The position numbers were made by a program, and so were the translations under genes. The notes beneath the pieces were generated by a model, which saw nothing but the letters and a program-made list of their open reading frames with translations, was not told the origin of the DNA and made no database searches. A DNA stretch of 64,000 nucleotides from Dimorphilus gyrociliatus (taxonomy: Eukaryota; Animalia; Annelida), in contig CAJFCJ010000059.1 of assembly GCA_904063045.1 (NCBI GenBank), positions 55,840-119,839 on the forward strand, written 5' to 3'. Below, one piece after another: positions 58,900-64,000 of the stretch (positions are counted from its first letter, which is position 1; every line of letters begins with the position of its first letter).

Positions 58900-59270
58900 T
58901 AGTGCCATAACTCTGGAACCATGAAAGATAATTGAATTCTGTAAATGGATTTGGAATCGGTGTATCCAAATTACTATATAAAAACAATTTCAGAGCTCTA
59001 TTCTAAATATTAACAGAGATAGCTTAGCCCTGACGAATATTACATATAGGCATATATGTACTATATAGTAATGAATGTTGACAGCGCCATATCTCTGGAA
59101 CCGTAAGAGATAATTGATTTCTGTAAAAAGATTTGTAATCGGAGTACCAAAATTACTAAATATACCCAATTTTAGAGCTCTATCTTCATTAATAAGAAAG
59201 TTAGTTTTTTTTGGTACATATAGGCAAACATTTAATGTACTGTTCAAAAGTAAGTTATCTATCTTGGAGG
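58900..59270 (+). repeat. Two degenerate ~183-bp tandem units
   Basis: GCCATA(A/T)CTCTGGAACC.T.AGA.ATAATTGA.TTCTGTAAA...AATCGG...AAATTACT...AGAGCTCTA at ~58904 and ~59087. Confidence 0.7.
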
Positions 59271-60049
59271 AAAACTAATACAATTTAAAGGGACATAATT
59301 ATGAATAAGTGTAATCGGCACAGTGAAATTAGTCTATGTACAAATTTTCAAAGCTCTAGCTTGAATATTAAAAAAATTTATATTTTCATGACGACTATTT
59401 TCATTTTATATATAAAACCATATCTCAGCAACTACTAGACCGATTTTGATGAAATTTGAAGCAAAATTATTGGCAGAAAAAGTTATAAACAATTAGAAGA
59501 CATTCGTTATAACAATTTAACTATCTTCCCATCAAAAAATAAATGTGTTATTTATAAATTATATAAGGAAAATGTAATAAACTTTGATGTAAAATAGGTG
59601 AATAACTATCCAAGATAATTAAATTCTGTTTGAAGATTTGATATTGGAGTAGTGTTGCTATTTTAATTGCAAAACTTCAGAGCTCTAACTTAAAAAATAA
59701 AAAAGTTATTTTTTTCTGAGGAATATTTTGGTTTATATGGCTGTATAACAGAGTTAAAATAGAACATTGAAACAAAATCATATCTCACATTTGGGTGTGC
59801 TTCACACCCCCTGACTGGTATTGAATAAATTTAATGATTTTTTTTTAACAATGTTTGTTTGAAAAGGTAATTTCATAAGAAATACTAAGATCTAAGAAAT
59901 GTGTAATTGCATAAAATTAGGTATTATTCTATTGAGTTTCTAAGTAAATTTTAGAAGACTTTTCTAAAACTTGAGATGAAGTTATCTGACGCTTCTCAAA
60001 TTTTTCCCAAATCATAAAAATTTTAATTTGCAAATTCTTATAAAGCTTT

Positions 60050-60360
60050 CTTTCATATCTGATCATCTTTTTTTCTAATAGCATTCTCTGATATGCTATA
60101 GTATAAGGTCTTCTTCCCTTTTCAATTCATCTACCATAGAATAGAATGATAAATTAGTGCCAATATTTCCATTTAAACAATTATGGAACCCTTCCGCATC
60201 ATTATTTGTTCTTATTGGACATTGATATATGGACCATTTTTTGGTCTTTTCAAAATAATCAATAAAATCATCAAGTTCATTAATTGATTTAAGGTAGTCG
60301 TTTATTTTTGTAAATTCTAATGGAATAATATGAGATGGAAGAAATGGCAAAGCCATAACT
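60050..60360 (-). pseudogene. MULE transposase C-terminal fragment
   Basis: MALPFLPSHII...IRTNNDAEGFHNCLN...SFYSMVDELKRE. Confidence 0.8.
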
Positions 60361-61077
60361 GTCTCATTTCAAACCATTGTTTTAACAGAAACCCAAAACA
60401 TTCCACCAACAAAAAAAACTGGTGGAAAATTTGAACATATTTTCACTCAATACTTATCAATTGTTATTATACAAGTTTGATATAAATGTCATTTCTTAAA
60501 AAAATCTTCCAATTTATTCAATACATTATAATACTTGAATTATTTATGGCCGGTATGACAAAAACAAGAGAATGGAATGAAGAGAAGATCTCATGAAGAT
60601 CACTGGAGCGAGAATGCTGATGTAACAAATTGTTGAATTTGACATATATTGCTTGTAACAGTGTATGCAAAAATCGAAATTCAAGTCTTTCACTTCATCT
60701 TCGCCATTTAAACAGTCATTGTAAATGGCTGTAAATGTCTAAAAAATATTGCAATTCTCATAATGATTGCTCGATAAATGAAATATTTACCAATTGAAGA
60801 AGATGTAGAAGTTGAAATGAATATCTTAACTATCTCTCTTAGAAGTCAATTCAATCAAAAGCCAATGTTTTACAGATCATTAAGCTTGTTCTTCCAGATA
60901 TCTTTTAGTTTGTTTGATGTTGAATAATGTTTACTATTTGCTTGTCCTTCCAGACTCGTCTAATGTCTCTTTTTTTTGAAATACTACTCAAAGAGAGAAC
61001 ACCTAATGTTTGTAGTTGATGGCAAGAATACTGTAAGAGAAGAAAGACTACTTCTTTATACAGTTATTGTTCTACAA

Positions 61078-61088
61078 ACACACACACA

Positions 61089-61122
<34 letters not shown>

Positions 61123-61127
61123 TTCTC
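61078..61127 (+). repeat. (CA)n(CT)n microsatellite
   Basis: Directly visible in the sequence. Confidence 0.9.
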
Positions 61128-61449
61128 ATTCAAATCTTTTGTTTATTCAAATTGACTATTCATTAATTATTTCATATAAATTCTAAGCACAAAGTCATCA
61201 CCTTTCATTTTTAAATTATTCATTACATTACATATTAGATATTGGAGTGAGAGCACTGCTCAATGAAATCTCAATATTGCTGCCATAGTTAGGCATAGCT
61301 GTTTACCAGCAACACATGCTGTTGAATACTAATACAGAAACCAGTGATACGTAAGAAAAGTAAGTAGAAATTTTCTACTAATTAGGATTAGGAGGGTTGG
61401 AGCTTGTTTATTCTCTCATTTTCTTCCTCAGAACATTCAGATAAGAAAA

Positions 61450-63010
61450 ATGGTGGAAAAGAATGAATTATTAATATTCTACTATAAAATAATGAAGGAA
61501 TATTTTGAATCTGACAAAATGTTTATTTCCTGTTTTGTTAAAAATTCAATTTTAGATTATTCTTTGAAAGTTGAAGATGAAGATAAAGATGATTATGATT
61601 TTTTTAATCAATATATTAAATATTTGATAACCGAAGAATTTCTACCTATCTTAGAGATTTTAGAGGGCGAACAAGGTCAAAGAAGAATTTTAATTAGGGG
61701 TCAAGCAGGTATGGGTAAAACTTATCATGCTACGAAGATTTTACATACTTGGATTACTGGTAATAATTTCTTAGAGGACTGTCTTCTCTTATATATTCCC
61801 ACTTGGAAGAGTTCCAAATATAACCTACTCTCAATTCGTCGAGTTCCTCTTCCGTAATAATTTTCCAAAGAATTCAAACTTTAACGAAAAGCTGTTTGAA
61901 TACTTTTTAAAGAGTACGAATGTTCAAGTAACACTATTACTAGATGGAGCCAATGAACTACAATTACTTTGGAAGTTTTTTCTATCCTATTAAACTCAAT
62001 AGGTAAAACTTCTCAGTACACGGAACTATTACAAGGTGAAAATACTATTGAAACTGGTAAAAAATTCAATTTTTCACTATCTCTCAACTCTTGTAAATGT
62101 AATTTTCAATTCATATAACTCTGTTTATGATTTATCTATTAAGAAAGTATTGAGTGCAACAGTTGGCAAACAAACCCAATTGACAGTTTTGATTTTTGTG
62201 GAAAATATACTCAATAGTGATATGATTAGAAATATCTTTAAAAATATTCTACTCACCTGCACAAAACTAAAAGAAATATGGTTTGGAAATTGTAGATTTG
62301 ATTCAGAAATTGCGCTAATAGTTGGTGAAGCCATTGGGAGGCAATCACAATTGACAGCATTGAATTTTTGGGAATAATTCACTTGGAAGTGATGTGGGGA
62401 GAATCATCTTTCAAAATATTAAACTCAATTGTACACAATTGGAAATAGTATGGTTTGAAAATTGTGGATTCGATTCCAAAATTGGGAAAACATTTGGGGA
62501 AGCAATTGGAAGACAACCACAATTGACAACATTGAATTTGAGGAATAATTCACTTGGAAGTGATGTGGGAAGAAATATCTTTAAAAATATTCAAATCAAC
62601 TGCTTACTATCGGAAAAGATATGGCTTGAAAATTGCGGATTTGCTTCAGAAATTGGGCATAATAGTTGGGGAAGCCATTGGAAGGCAAAAACAACTCACA
62701 TCTTTGAATCTTGTTGGTAATTTACTTGGAAGTGAAGTTGGAAGAAATATTTTTGAAAACATTTATCTCAACTGCTCAAAATTGAAAGAAATATGGTTTG
62801 AAAATTGCCGATCTGATTCAGAAATTGGGTAAATAGTAGGCGAAGCAATTGGAAGGCAAACACAGCTGACAATTTTACATCTTGGAGATAATTCACTTGG
62901 AAGTGATATTGGAAGAATTATCTTTGATAACATTAAATTCAACTGCACAAAATTGAAACAAGTATTGTTTCAAAATTGTGGATTCAATTCAGAAATTGGG
63001 CACATCTTCC
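61450..63010 (+). pseudogene. NLR pseudogene (NACHT Walker A/B, internal deletion, 57-aa LRR units with frameshifts)
   Basis: RILIRGQAGMGKT, LLDGANE; repeats GEAIGRQxQLTxLNLxxNSLGSDVGRNIFxNIxLNCxxLKEIWFENC. Confidence 0.85.
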
Positions 63011-64000
63011 ACTTTGTTGGAAATACAGAGAAGAAAAATGATAAAATTTGTTTTGACAAGTCTCCTAATCAATCATTTAAAGGTTTGAAAGTTTATATCA
63101 TCTTGAAAAAAAATTGTAGATTTTATTTTTTGTTAATTCACATCCTTCCAAGCAAACTAGTAGTAGTCAACTTTTCAAAAATATCTCTAACTAACCCTTC
63201 TTCAATTCAAATTGGCTAATTGTATATCTAGGTTTTTTGGGCCAGACTGATTCAGAGTCCGTTAACCCTAACCCTAACCACTGAAATGATTTATGTGACG
63301 CAATCCAATTACTATGGTGATGACGTCACAAAAGAAAAATTTGAAAGCAATTTAAAAATCTAGAGAGCTAGAATGAAAATTGGAGAATTATGATAAATTC
63401 TTGTTTACTATAATAATCCTTTTATGAATATAATACCTAAATATTTACACTACTCAGCGGTATAGATGATCCCATTTAAATGAAAATGAGAAGGTAACCA
63501 AGAAAATTAGAGAAGGGAGAACAAACACCTTGAAAAGATGCAGGTGAAAATTGTTAAATCATTTTTTCTAATATCATATGATGATTTGTTACCATACTGT
63601 AAAGTATTGCCAAAGAATACTTTATTGAATCATATGAAAGTTATTAAGCATTGTCAAATGTTAAATTTTACATTGCAGATGAGAATAGACTAATTAGGTT
63701 AAGGTGTTTAGATAATTGCAATTTGTTAAAAGTTGGAAAGGTGCCAATAAAAAGTGGATTGGTATGTGGTGTGTGTTAGGTCAACTTTTTCGCCTACTCC
63801 TAAAAAACAACTATTTAACAGCTTTGGTTCGACAGTATAAGCATAACACAATTGCTGCTATGGTAAGAATTACTATTGCAGATCCACTTGAAATGCCTAT
63901 GATCAAATAAAGCTTGCTTGAATTTTCCTCAATCGGTTTTGCAGTAGATGTTGCTGTTGTTACTGCATTGGTTTTTGTTGGGTTTGTAGATTCGTATTTT

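Overview
AT-rich eukaryotic (invertebrate-like) DNA with ~55-60 nt GT-AG introns, dominated by nested mobile elements and immune-type genes. (1) A near full-length Ty3/gypsy LTR element (family A, 3410-12656; 635-bp LTRs, tRNA-Ser PBS, PPT) has the unusual order gag-PR-RT-RNaseH-IN-[second aspartic protease]-[acidic repeat spacer]-env. By eye, the env aligns with class III (herpes gB/chuvirus-like) fusogens. A second, truncated A copy (32985-36301, minus) shows the same spacer-env fusion and is inserted into the env of a related family B, which is also represented by gag-pol, env and LTR pieces. (2) A CARD-like/NACHT/LRR (NLR) gene (14201-22572) is split by a young Mutator-like transposon with a 9-bp TSD; removing it restores one ~1877-aa ORF whose LRRs include eleven 171-bp units variable mainly at predicted concave-face residues. 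(3) Several PHD-FLYWCH-MULE transposase copies, a Penelope-like remnant and three copies of a repeat carrying a hammerhead ribozyme motif. (4) Host genes: a 3xCUB protein, a divergent STAT, a Ly6/uPAR-like GPI protein and two more NLR pseudogenes. No CRISPR, rRNA or tRNA genes were seen. All homology calls come from motif reading, not database searches.
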